Below are positions 12,463 to 23,124 of a DNA stretch of 64,000 bases, in pieces. Below the pieces are notes generated by a model that saw only the letters and a program-made list of their open reading frames with translations, was not told where the DNA came from and did not search any database. Source of the DNA: Perkinsus chesapeaki ATCC PRA-425 (Eukaryota; Protista; Perkinsozoa); assembly GCA_013115145.1 (NCBI GenBank), contig JAAPAO010000043.1, forward strand, positions 1 through 64,000. Reading direction: 5' to 3'. The translations under genes and the position numbers were made by a program. Every line of letters begins with the position of its first letter. Position 1 is the first letter of the stretch.

Positions 12463-12630
12463 TCACAAGAAAAACTGATAGAAAAAGTGAAAAAGGGTTG
12501 AATATTATATCTATGCCACCTCCTCATTACATGTATAATGCCGTTACGGTATTACCGTATATTCCGTATTATTATATTCCCTCCAAAACTCCACCTCGGA
12601 AAAGTAACGAAAAACGATGACAATGAATAA

Positions 12631-13210
12631 TCAGAACTCCTCCGGATCCATGTTCTCAAGAACGTCCTCCAAAACATCATCAACGTCTCCCTCCCCCAGC
12701 TGGCCCCTCCGTCGCCGTCGCTGATGTAAAAATGGCACCAGGTCCGCCGGCTCCGTCAAGACCGTCTCATCGGTGTCGTAGATGAGCTCCATTGCCTGTC
12801 GGAGGCTCGATTGCAGACTACCCTTGTCCGCCACGAAAAGGTACCTGACCGCAGGGGAGGGTCACCTTGCTGCTGCACTGGCGGCTCTGGCTCACATCAC
12901 CACGGACCAAACAAAACCGGCAAGATAACGATACATTGGCACGTCGGGAAGACGACCCTGGTGGACTTGATGGTGCACCGAACCTAACAAGGAGGAACAT
13001 CACGAGACCATCTTGCCTCACAAGAATGTGCTCCTCAGGGTCACATGCGAGGATAGAACGGAAATTATAGTAGTAGCGTACGACTGGTAGGGAACATGAA
13101 CATTCCTTCTACGAGCATCTGGTGCTCCCCTATCACTCCCTGCTACAGAGGCGGATGAGAAGCGTGTCACGAAATTTTCATTGGCAAAGAAGTGATGCGT
13201 AAAAACGACA
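12631..13210 (-). CDS. Small multi-exon hypothetical protein
   Basis: Spliceable segments NFRSILACDPEEHIL|VRCTIKSTR and YLFVADKGSLQSSLRQAMELIYD..MDPEEF*. Start uncertain. Confidence 0.35.
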
Positions 13211-13449
13211 TCATCGTCAAGGCTGGGCTTTCCGACCCAATAGTAACGATTGCGCCCCTCGCAGCTTGAGAGTCTCGCAGGCCTCGGTAACCATTTTTGA
13301 AAGATTTTAAGTCTCGCTGGGTTTTCTCATCCATTGGTAACGGTCCAGCAACACACATGACTCATTGCTCCTTCAGCGAAGTGAAGGAGACTACGTCCCC
13401 TACATCCACCGACCAAGCGATTAGTCAACTGGAAGAGCATCAAATTCGA

Positions 13450-13990
13450 CTAATGGAACAGCACTAGTCCGATAATGTAGTGTTGACTAGTGTATGTTAC
13501 TTCCGAATTCATCCGCACTGTCGAATACCCACGTGACCTTAAACTACCAGTGAAGATTCCCCAGCTGAGCTCTGAGCCCCCAGACCTTACTACCAACACC
13601 AATCCGTGACAGAAGGTACAAAGTAACCTGGTAGCTGATTGCCGATCGATGTCGTCCCCATACCACACAGCCCGCCACGAACCCGGCCACTGCGGGATTC
13701 AACTTGGCCGAACCAAAGCTGCGGTCCAAAATACAGCGGAGGATTTTATAGACGAACGCATATGAGCCGAGACTGATGCCGTGTTCTCGCGCACTCCTCA
13801 GCACCCATAAGATATTCTCAAGTGGGCTACGGTGATGGCCATAGAGGACAGTCATCACCACGCAGTGAGCCAGACGAAGCTTCACGGCATATTCAAAGCC
13901 GTTTCGGGCGCTGAGGCCGGCGGCAACGAGGCAGGCGGCGGCGCTATCATGCGCGCAGGACCGAGCGAGCTTCCGGGGGCTGTTCGACAT
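13450..13990 (-). CDS. PXMP4: Peroxisomal membrane protein 4 (PMP24; Tim17/22/23 superfamily)
   Basis: ARNGFEYAVKLRLAHCVVMTVLY..AREHGISLGSYAFVYKILR..AVAGFVAGCVVWG..AISYQVTLYLLSR matches the PXMP4 pattern (RNG.vYG.kiRf.H..V; H..nL..f..iYK; AG..gG..vfG; QI.lYl.SR). Confidence 0.8.
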
Positions 13991-14160
13991 TGCAGGAAAA
14001 AACCTGGAAATTCGTCCTCACAAATTGGCAACACGAGCATTGTGTGAAACGCTGATTGGCAGTGGGATACGCATGGTGGTGCGATAAGGTTATAGTTTAC
14101 TGGAATTTTACACAATCGGCCAAACACTCATCATCGGCCTCGAGAGCTCCTCCTCTTCCC

Positions 14161-14931
14161 TCAACCAGCGGGCTCAGGGGCGGCAGTGCTGGCCTCGCTG
14201 ACTGCCAATGCTTCGCTTCCGGATGGCTGCGGAGCCAAAGCAATCTCGCTGCCGTTGACGACATAGATACCCTTGGAAGCCGAGTCCATCCGAAACATGC
14301 CCAGCGCAAGCCCAGAGAGCGCCACTGTGGCCTGGGGACGCCCGCCGTCTCTTGAAGAGTACCACCGGATCACTCGGTTGTCCCAAGCACACAACACCGC
14401 ACCGTCTGTACCGAGGCCCGCGGCGAGGCACCAGACCGGCGTTTCAGCCTGCAGGCAGACCCGACGCTTATGCTTGCACGATCGAGTCGCTCGTTCCCTA
14501 GCTCCTCCCACCAGCCTCACTCCTTCTGAATTATCCTCGCTCTCCCGAAACACCATGCACGCCGAACTTTCAATGGCCAATACCGAGCCTCCATGCCAGT
14601 CCACCCCCAGCAGTCTGTCCCCATAGACCCTCGGCCATGCTATCGAATGAGCGAGCTTTAATGTCGATCCAGCCTCCTCCCAGACCAGCTCGAATACGCG
14701 GAACTCGGAGCCTCGGCCAATTCCGGCAATCAAACCTTGGCCATCGTCTCGCCATTTTATACAGGAAACTGCAGTGCAGCCAACACCAGGCAGTTTGATT
14801 TGGCCCAGCAGTTCTATGGCATCGGCCTCCCTATTTGGCCGCCCAATGGACACTATAGACTTCCTCGTCCCTACCGCCACACAGTTGGCGTTGAGTAGCC
14901 GACCGACGTCGGAGGCCGAGTAAGGCATCAT
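14161..14931 (-). CDS. Beta-propeller (WD40-like) protein
   Basis: 256-aa ORF with repeated beta-strand/Trp motifs (VSCIKWRDDG, LLGVDWHG, VLCAWDNRVIRW). Confidence 0.5.
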   Translation of the reverse strand: MMPYSASDVGRLLNANCVAVGTRKSIVSIGRPNREADAIELLGQIKLPGVGCTAVSCIKWRDDGQGLIAGIGRGSEFRVFELVWEEAGSTLKLAHSIAWPRVYGDRLLGVDWHGGSVLAIESSACMVFRESEDNSEGVRLVGGARERATRSCKHKRRVCLQAETPVWCLAAGLGTDGAVLCAWDNRVIRWYSSRDGGRPQATVALSGLALGMFRMDSASKGIYVVNGSEIALAPQPSGSEALAVSEASTAAPEPAG

Positions 14932-15160
14932 CGAAGCTTGGTGGGCGCACTGCGGGACTGCGATACGGTCCGCGTATCTGAGAGGGGACCTGCCACTCTA
15001 CTGAGAACACATTTTTATGAGCGTCTTTCACGCTCTAGCAGGTACAGCACTTAATCTTCAAGTGATCATGTCTGTCACACGGGCATTGGAGGGAGGGTCA
15101 GAGGCTCCGGTTTGATCGATCCGTGCCGTCATCAGGATCGAACAAGCTTTGATCGATTCT

Positions 15161-15198
15161 GGACATGCTCTCCTTTGATCATCAAAGGAGAGTTGTCC
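15161..15198. repeat. Intergenic hairpin with perfect 12-bp arms and a 1-nt centre
   Basis: ctctcctttgat-c-atcaaaggagag (15168-15192), extended by ggaca/tgtcc. Confidence 0.9.
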
Positions 15199-15294
15199 AA
15201 GCACCAGAAGCGGAAACGACGCGTATGCTTGGTGTCGCGAGTAGGGGACAACTTATAGTAGCGATACAGTAGTTCTATCTCCGACACGTTACAT

Positions 15295-16570
15295 TCAGTG
15301 CACGGGATTTCCTCGACATGTCCGAAGGTCTACCATGATCACCATCCCTCCCCTAGCTACTACCCGATCCATTGCCCGAACGACGTGGCGGCCCAAATGC
15401 CTTCTAGTGTATCTGTGCGACGAGATACCATGGGGATGGCGAAGTGAATCTGCTCGCATGGTGGAAACGAGGCTGGCGGCTGAAAAGCGAAGACAAGGTT
15501 ATGGACGGCAAAGACCAAATACTACTAGACACATAAATAGCGAGAGGTACATCGTGGATTTATTAAGAGATAGCGGAAGGAGCGGTATGAACTCTACTGT
15601 AGGCTGAGACCTATTCACTACATAATTGTATACTATGTGAACCAGGTTACGATGGGGAGTAGACATCTACGCAACCCCTTAGCCGCTTTCCATCACCAAC
15701 AAGCGTTCCCAGTTCAACCCGGAGTTCGGGGGGCGTCGAGCGGTCGCCTGGTAAAATCGTTATTCATCCAAACCATATACTTCAGTAAAGTAAAGAAACA
15801 CCTGCGCACGCTCGTCCGATCGAGGAGCTTCGTAGCGATGGGCTTATATAGAAATCAAGTCACGACAAAGTACGATGCTTCTGGTCGAATTTGGCATTCC
15901 CCTATCTCTTTGCCCCCCCTGAAGCCCTTCCTACAAAGATAGCCTTGACAAAGAGTATGTCCTCATATGGCACCCCCTTCATCCCTTTCCATAGCCGCAC
16001 CACCCCATCAGTCGCCCCGGTCACTATGTATCCACCATGATAGGCCACGCTTACTACGCCCAAAGCAGGCGGGGACTTGTCCGGGCCGGAGTCAGTGAAA
16101 TCGGCGAACACATGGGTGTGGCAGAGGACAACTTTCGGTTCTAGTTTCACCGCGTCCCAGACGGCTGCGATCCCATCGCTCGTCCCCACCAGGAGATGAG
16201 ACTCGCCGACTACCTGCCAGGCCAGGACAACACCGCCATATAGATCCATAGATTCGCCGAAGGAGCGGTATGGCCGGCAAGCCGCCGAGCTGAGGCCAGC
16301 AGCGCAGGGCTGGAAGCCTGTGTAGATGCCAGGCTGGCAGACAAAGCCTCCGTGGCCTTCACTGGCGATAAGCGAGGGAGGCGGCGACTCCGCTATGGGA
16401 AGTCGCTTTCGTCGAGGTGACGGGGTGCCGTGCACCACTGGCACACCCTGGTCCATGGAGACAGGAAGAACTCTGAGAAGGCACTTTCCAGGTGATCTAG
16501 AAAGTAGAGCGGAGAAAGCAGACATCCACACCCTAACAACGGCTATTATGGGAGGTAGAGATACGAACAC
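15295..16570 (-). CDS. WD40-repeat protein (3' exons approximate)
   Basis: HLLVGTSDGIAAVWDA and VVSVAYHGGYIVTGATDGVVRLWK are WD repeats. Further same-strand spliceable segments run to about 15295. Confidence 0.6.
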
Positions 16571-16818
16571 ATTTTGGAAAAATCCATGCGCGATAGAACT
16601 AGGCGAAAAATCAATCCATGCGCCTCGGTATACTGGACTTCTCAGTGCTCCTCTACCAACCCTGCTAGATTCACAAGAGACCTAGGTGGGGCAGTTTCCA
16701 AGCAATAGGAGCAAGTACTCGCAATCGAATAGTCATCCATAATTGAGTTTTAACATTAATAACACAACATGCTCAGTGACAGCCAGAATCCGCCAGATCA
16801 CCATGGTAGCATCCAAAG

Positions 16819-17236
16819 TCATTTGTCGTTAATAAGTCCCAAACCGGCCATCTGTCGGGGACCTCCAACGAGCCCAGGCGACAATAAGCTCACCTGCTTC
16901 CTGCGCTCAGTTTTGGCCGCATCGCTCTGCCTCAGTTCCTCCGAATATCCTCCACGACAAGCTTCGCTACAAAACGCCTTACCGTCATCATCCACAGTAT
17001 CACCAACGCCCTAGAGACCAAACATTTCGCGCGCCCCAAGCGGTTCCTACCCTATGCACTCTCATACAGTAATAACAACACCAATGGCAACCAGCAGCAG
17101 TGACCGCCGCCTCGGTGCCCTCAGCCACCATCTCTGTCCGGCTATAAGGCATCTTATACGTGGGCCCGCCAAAGTCCTTGGAGAGCCAGAAGCTTCTTGG
17201 AGACTCGCTCGCCTTGGACAGTCGCCATTCCTCCAC
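16819..17236 (-). CDS. Three terminal exons encoding a C-x2-C...FCS-x2-C (MYM/TRASH/FCS-type) zinc finger, copy 1
   Basis: Exons 17236-17051, 17010-16894 and 16851-16819 are joined by GT-AG introns of 40 and 42 nt: VEEWRL..HWCCYYCMRVHR|GVGDTVDDDGKAFCSEACRGG..RRKQ|MAGLGLINDK*. Confidence 0.65.
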
Positions 17237-17239
17237 CTA

Positions 17240-18273
17240 CCGAAGCCCAACTTAAATTCTGCAAAGTGAGAGAACCCATTGGGCTCTCGGACGTTATTTT
17301 CGCAACGACTACGTCTGGGATAGAGTGCACAACGAGCTGAATATCCTATTGTCATGTCACATGCTGCATTCCAGCACAGCAGATGCCCTCGAACAGAAAT
17401 ACAGCTACAGATACCTTTATGAGTCGCCTCGTTTATTGTTTTTCATCCAATTGGTCCTCTAGAAGGCGAGCAGCCGACCTGACTACTCTGACCGCCTCTG
17501 GCTTCCTGTAGTACAAATCTTGCCTGGTCGCTCCAGCCAGATCACTGTTCTTCGTCCCGCACGGAGCAGCTCCTAGAATCCCCGCAAGACTAGACGCCGA
17601 AGCGACGGAGCATTTTTTCTTTCACAGCAGCTGTTTACTCCTCGGAGCATTCGAGTCCCTGTTTGTTGTACAACTTGGGAGCCTAGTCATCCAGGTCTGG
17701 TGGCCTCCGAGCCCTCCGTCTCCGCTTAAGAGCGCGATTGATGAGCGGACCCAACGGTGAGGTGAGCGTCCATTGAACGCCTTCGGGCCTCGAAACTCTT
17801 TACCGGCTTCTCGATAGAGGCAGGCGTCCAGTGGGCGTCGTCCTCCCTCTGTGAAGTTGTCCCTATCGCCCTCCCTCATGAGCACGTGAAGGTGCCAGAA
17901 GGAATCTAGTGTCAATAAAATACCGCTACAAAGATTTGACCCCACAACCGTTTCATGTCCCCAGTGGTCCAAATTCTCTTAAACTATGCTGTCCAATATT
18001 CCATATATCTCCTACCCTGATAGACCTGCTCTCTGAATTTTCGGTTGATGCGAGCATGTGGGCATGACCGTTGTGATTTCCCACTCGTAAGATTCCATAT
18101 CGGCTGCCAGCGTGCGAGTTCAAGTCAATGCCCCACCTCTCAACAAACCCAAGAGGCTACCAAAGGATTCGTTGAACTCGTCGAAGCTCTTCAAGCACGG
18201 ACTCATCCTGATCGATCAGTGCCTTTGACGCCCAAGCCAACGATATCTTCACTGCTCACAGCCGTGACACCAT
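17240..18273 (-). pseudogene. Decayed 5' coding region of duplicate copy 1
   Basis: Protein-level match to copy 2 with synonymous changes (IDQDESVLEELRRV vs IDQNESLLEELRRV; GDGGLGGHQTWMTRLPS vs GDGGLGGYQLWMARLPS), but in-frame TGA, TAG and TAA stops. Confidence 0.5.
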
Positions 18274-19072
18274 CGATAGAAATACTTTATTAGTGCGGTA
18301 CAGGAGAGGCGCAATTGTACGCACGCGCAACTCTGCACGCAGGCGATGAAAAAATACCCTTTCCGGGATTCGAACCCGGGCCTTCGAACACGAGGATGAG
18401 TCATCCTGATTGTCATCCTGGATGACAATCAGCTTTAGAGAGCTACGATAGCATGGTACGGTTCCTGTGCAAAAGCTTGTAACTCCTACAAACAGAATCA
18501 ATGATTGCGGAGTATTTCCGCAATGATAGCACGCACCGGCGGCTCAAAGTGTTTCCATCACAGAAAAAACTCCTGTACGACACTCCCAGTTTTTTGCGCG
18601 AGTGCACAGTGTGACCCCTTTTCCCCTCCTTCCTCCTCATCCAGCTGTTATGCCTTTACTCCTTTCCAATTGCCCTCCACCATTGCCAAACTTCTCACTT
18701 TTGCATTTAGTTATACCCCACCTCTCTCTATTCGCTCCTCAATTGCTCAGACAACAGTATCAGAGTAGTTGAGCAATAGAGACAGTAGTATGAGCAACAG
18801 AGTCAGTGCTAGACAATAGTATCGTCACAGTATGTTAGAAAAGATATTTATATTACTTACTATTGTGGGGGGGTCACCGATGCCATTGTACTCATGCTAC
18901 GAGATCTCTGTTTTTTTCAAAATTTCAATTTGAACTATGCAATTTCTGTCATTCGGGCCACGAGACAGCAAGGTCTCATGGCATGAGACTCATACTACAA
19001 ATAGAAATTCGTTGTCACCAGTGCTCATAGTATGAACTTCATACCCGTTATCCAAAGGAAATATGAACTCTT

Positions 19073-19153
19073 TGCTGACGTTGCACAGTGCAACGTCGGC
19101 AGTTGTCGAGGTTTGACAGTGCAACTTGCACTGTCAAACCTCCACAACTGCCG
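19073..19153. repeat. Two overlapping long palindromes, each with a 1-nt centre
   Basis: 19073-19101 has 14-bp arms with one G:T pair. 19097-19153 has 28-bp arms with one mismatch and a 17-bp perfect core. Confidence 0.95.
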
Positions 19154-20512
19154 CACGAAACCAGATATACCAAGCGTCGGCAAAAGCTCCGCGGCTGGCG
19201 TCCATAAGGCGGTGCCCCGGCAGCGGTGGTCTGCTTCCCAGTGCTAGCAACGAGTCCCTTCTCTCTAAGGGACCCGGAGCCTCCGAACCACGGCTCAGGA
19301 ATAGGTTGAAATTAAGGCAGCTAGAGGCGGTCGTCATCGTTAGAACTTTCGAGGCCCTGAGATTCCACGATGCCTAGGGATTTCCGGGTTTGGAATAGTC
19401 TCCTGTGAAGCCAGCTTCCTTGCATACCTCTGGAGAACTATGAAGAATCATCGTATGATACGATTCGTATCCATATCGCGGATGGAAGCGAAGCCGCCAA
19501 ACCTGCATCACGGGCAAGCTTGGCATGCTACGCAGCGTGTCTGTCTCGATGGCTCGATACAGAGGCTCTACGAGTCGTAAATTCACACTACGACTGAGCG
19601 ATGCCATCGGAACATAAGGCCCTTCGAAGAAAGTAGGTAGTTCGTCGAAAAATCTTCGATAAGTAGATCAGCCAAATACTTACCTAATCGCTAAGCGTGC
19701 CCTGGTGGGCTTAGCTCTATTCCTGTGCTTCTTCGTGGCGAAGTTGTGCTTACCAGGTATGATAGCGAAATCGAGCTATTGAGTCGCATCAAGGTTGTCA
19801 CATATGAAAAAAATATCTTGTCGCATTATGAATCTTATAATATTTGTGTTGTGTGGCCCCCAGTTGCTATCGGGCTAGTCGCCTGTGCGTCCGCGTGTAG
19901 ATTTACCGCGTACGTTGTACCCCAAAATAGGTGCCTCACATTAAGGGTCATCGTTGGCAACGATTCGTTGCAGCGATCGTGATAGAACCCTATGCCAGAC
20001 TCGCCAAGACTTCAAGTCTTGGCCGACTCGGTTAAAGAAGATGGACTTCTCGTTTAGGAAAAGAGTCGCCTCACAATTCATCAGGCTCCATTAGCTCCAC
20101 GCAGCTTATGGGGAGGCTACGCGCTTGAGCGGTCAGGAAGAGGCGCGCTCCACTGCCGGAGGTACACGTGCGGTGCGAAAACCCTAATCGAGCACAGTGC
20201 CCGGCGCACTCGTCCCTGCTATGCCCTTCACACCATGACAGGTCATAGTGGCGATATAAGCAGCGGCAGTCCGCCGAGAGCTATCCGTAAGCTCTTGTAA
20301 ACGAATAGTTATGACCCTCATTACGGGTCTACAATGGATAATGCTATGCATCGAGTCTCGCTACATTGTGATACGCAAACTCTGTGGCACGCGCACAAGT
20401 CCACTTCACAGCTGTTTCACTCAATCATCTGAACCCTCGGTGCTTGGTTCAAGTTGCCATCGAACTTGAAAACTCTGCGTTTGTCATCGCAGCTATTTTG
20501 AGAGTTACTCTA

Positions 20513-21655
20513 ATGAAACTAACACGCCTACTGCTAGCAAATATCGTGATGTACACTCCTGGCATCGGTAAAACAATAACGGTACCTGTGGAAAATGGTT
20601 ATATTGCAGCCGAAGTCGACAAGCGCAGATTAAACTTCATGCTGGACTCTGGGTCGAGCTCATTAAAGATGATTGATGGTAACTGGTACAAGAAAAGATT
20701 TGGTCAGGACGCCTGCGACAAGCCTCTAACTGCTTGCTACTTCTGCCCATCATCCACTCCTTGTCTCAGTGGCACTAGATCTCGTTCTACCTTTGGAGAC
20801 GGAACCGTTTCCACGTTCGTCCGCCACAAAGTCTCTCTTGTTCTAGGAGGCAAACGCATTGGTAATTTCGATGTGGATGTGGTCGTAGACTTTTCATCTC
20901 GGATTCCCGGAGATATCCCACGTGGTCTCTTCGGTATAAGTTTGAGCTGCGTACCCGGCAAACACGGTATCATCGAGAATCTGAGGTCGTCGGGCGTGAT
21001 TGGTCAACTTAGTTTTCATTTGCATACAGGAATGAACCCGCACGTCAACGGTATTGTTGGCGAGTTGACCTTGGGTGCTCCAATCCCGAGACTTCCCAGG
21101 CCGTTAGTGGACATGACACCTACTCAGAGTTGTCCTAAGCTGGGAAGGGCTGTCCCTGCTATTGGTATAGCGGCGATCCGTCTAAAGAAGCCTAGTGGTG
21201 CCAATCATTCTCCCACTTCTATCATATATTCAGGGGATCAACCAAACCTAGCGTATTTGGATACTGGGGCTCGCAGCGTAATTGTACAAGATGGATCGTT
21301 ATTCGACGAGCTGATTCGGTCTACTAGGACTAACCTCGCCACTAAGGGCTACCCACCGGAGAAGATCGATAAACTGCTACGTGAAGTGGGTGGCAAATGG
21401 TATATATCATCAGCAGTGTTAACCAGTTTACCGACACTGGTCGTCATAGTGTCATCCAATCGCGGTAAGGTAGAGGTCAATGTCGAACCGGAGATGTACA
21501 CCTTCTGCACTAAGCACGTCTATTGCCAAATTGCCATTACTGTTCGGAGGGGAACTCTGGCTCACGCATCGACGTTGGGTGTGCCTTTCTTCAGGGGATA
21601 CAGCATGTATGTTGACTATGGTTCTGGAAAGCTCAGTATACTTCCGAACCTGTAA
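20513..21655 (+). CDS. Intronless A1-family aspartic protease, probably secreted
   Basis: Catalytic motifs FMLDSGSS and YLDTGARS; C-terminal LGVPFFRGYSMYVDYGSGKLSI; hydrophobic N-terminus from the ATG at 20513. Confidence 0.85.
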   Translation: MKLTRLLLANIVMYTPGIGKTITVPVENGYIAAEVDKRRLNFMLDSGSSSLKMIDGNWYKKRFGQDACDKPLTACYFCPSSTPCLSGTRSRSTFGDGTVSTFVRHKVSLVLGGKRIGNFDVDVVVDFSSRIPGDIPRGLFGISLSCVPGKHGIIENLRSSGVIGQLSFHLHTGMNPHVNGIVGELTLGAPIPRLPRPLVDMTPTQSCPKLGRAVPAIGIAAIRLKKPSGANHSPTSIIYSGDQPNLAYLDTGARSVIVQDGSLFDELIRSTRTNLATKGYPPEKIDKLLREVGGKWYISSAVLTSLPTLVVIVSSNRGKVEVNVEPEMYTFCTKHVYCQIAITVRRGTLAHASTLGVPFFRGYSMYVDYGSGKLSILPNL

Positions 21656-22701
21656 TGAGGTTCTTACTGTAATCGATGACATCAATACTGTAACATCAAT
21701 TTGATGTTATCGTATTGGTTCATATATTCTTCCGATTATCGCTATCCGATCATTTCTGGATCTTTTTCTTAATGCGTGGTATTGCCAGTAATGTTCATCC
21801 CCGTGGGTAATACTGTCATCGTAATAGTGCAACATGATACTATCAATCTTCATTGGTTGCCGAGTAGACAATTCTGTGATATCATTATCACATAGGGATG
21901 AAGATCTGAACATGATGTGTCGTGCTGCAGCTCTCTTGAAGAGAGTCTCTTCTTCGGCCGAAATGCGCTATGATGCTGAAGCCGAGCGTTAGAATGGCTT
22001 TTGGTTAGTACGAAAATGAGCTTTATTATGTCTCTGATACTTGGTCTGTCTCTCATGCGTACCTCTTCAATAGGTCCTCCTTTGCTCTTGCTGAAGGCCT
22101 TCTGTTGCGTTAATCGAGTAACGGGTACTACAGTAGTGCCGCAGCGGCACTGCCGCTACTTTGTCTACCCGATGAATTTGTGACTGGTTCAGAATTCTGA
22201 TGACATGATTCTTGAGTAGTGTCGATGAACTGCCACTAGTGGTGCTGCTCCCTATTGTGTGATATAGCCATGAACGGGCAACCGCGTTCGAGCACGAGAT
22301 GTGCAGCAGAAAAAATAACCGCAAAATCTCAATTTTGCGGAAGTGACGCCGGCCCATCTCCAAGGCCACTTCAGGGGCCATTAATGCCCAAGTCCCTATA
22401 CCGGGCACAATTGCCAATGTGCCTAGATTTATTGGAATGCCATTCTATCGAATGGTGTCATCGTCAAGTAGCCGAGCGAGGCACCCGAAAGATATCCCAA
22501 CACCTCATTTTTGACATCAACCCTACTCCTACCCATCACCACATGGAGTTCACCACCAGGATTTTCCATGTGAGTCACATGACGTGACTTCATTCCTAGT
22601 TGATCGAACTGTAGACTCTACAGTGTCGAGTTTTAACATGAATAACACAACATGCTCAGCGACAGCCAGAATCCGCCAAATCACCATGGTAGCATCCAGA
22701 G

Positions 22702-23119
22702 TCATTTGTCGTTAATAAGTCCCAAACCGGCCATCTGTCGGGGACCTCCAACGAGCCCAGGCGACAATAAGCTCACCTGCTTCCTGCGCTCAGTTTTGGC
22801 CGCATCGCTCTGCCTCAGTTCCTCCGAATATCCTCCTCGACAAGCTTCGCTACAAAACGCCTTACCGTCATCATCCACAGTATCACCAACGCCCTAGAGA
22901 CCAAACATTTCGCGCGCCCCAAGCGGTTCCTACCCTATGCACTCTCATACAGTAGTAACAACACCAATGGCCACCAGCAGGAGTGATTGCCGCGTCGGTG
23001 CCCTCAGCCACCATCTCTGTCCGGCTATAAGGCATCTTATACGTGGGCCCGCCACAGTCCTCGGAGAGCCAGAAGCTTCTTGGAGACTCGCTCGCCTTGG
23101 ACAGTCGCCATTCCTCCAC
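22702..23119 (-). CDS. FCS-type zinc finger terminal exons, copy 2
   Basis: Same splice sites and reading frame as 16819-17236 (+5883); CCYYC and FCSEAC are unchanged. Confidence 0.65.
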
Positions 23120-23124
23120 CTACC

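Larger units (their letters stand above)
16746..18500. repeat. Segmental duplication, copy 1 (copy 2 at about 22628-24345; offset 5883 in the conserved part)
   Basis: About 500 bp nearly identical (about 13 substitutions counted by eye, no indels), followed by about 1.2 kb of alignable but much more diverged sequence. Confidence 0.9.

Noticed and set aside
12700-13060. Weak resemblance to TFIIH p8/Tfb5 (ILACDP..YLFVAD..QAMELI)
   Set aside because: Too few matching residues to support by eye; needs an HMM search.
17900-18273. Stop-codon read-through or recoding in duplicate copy 1
   Set aside because: All three stop types occur and the sister copy has frameshifts, so ordinary decay is the simpler explanation. 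Neighbouring genes use the standard code.
18355-18385. tRNA T-arm look-alike on the minus strand (ccggg-ttcgaat-cccgg)
   Set aside because: No matching acceptor 5' strand, D-arm or anticodon arm. Alignment to copy 2 shows it results from a local micro-duplication.
19676-19685. ATACTTACCT, the U1 snRNA 5' end
   Set aside because: No U1 stem-loops or Sm site follow. It is more simply a minus-strand donor AG|GTAAGTAT.
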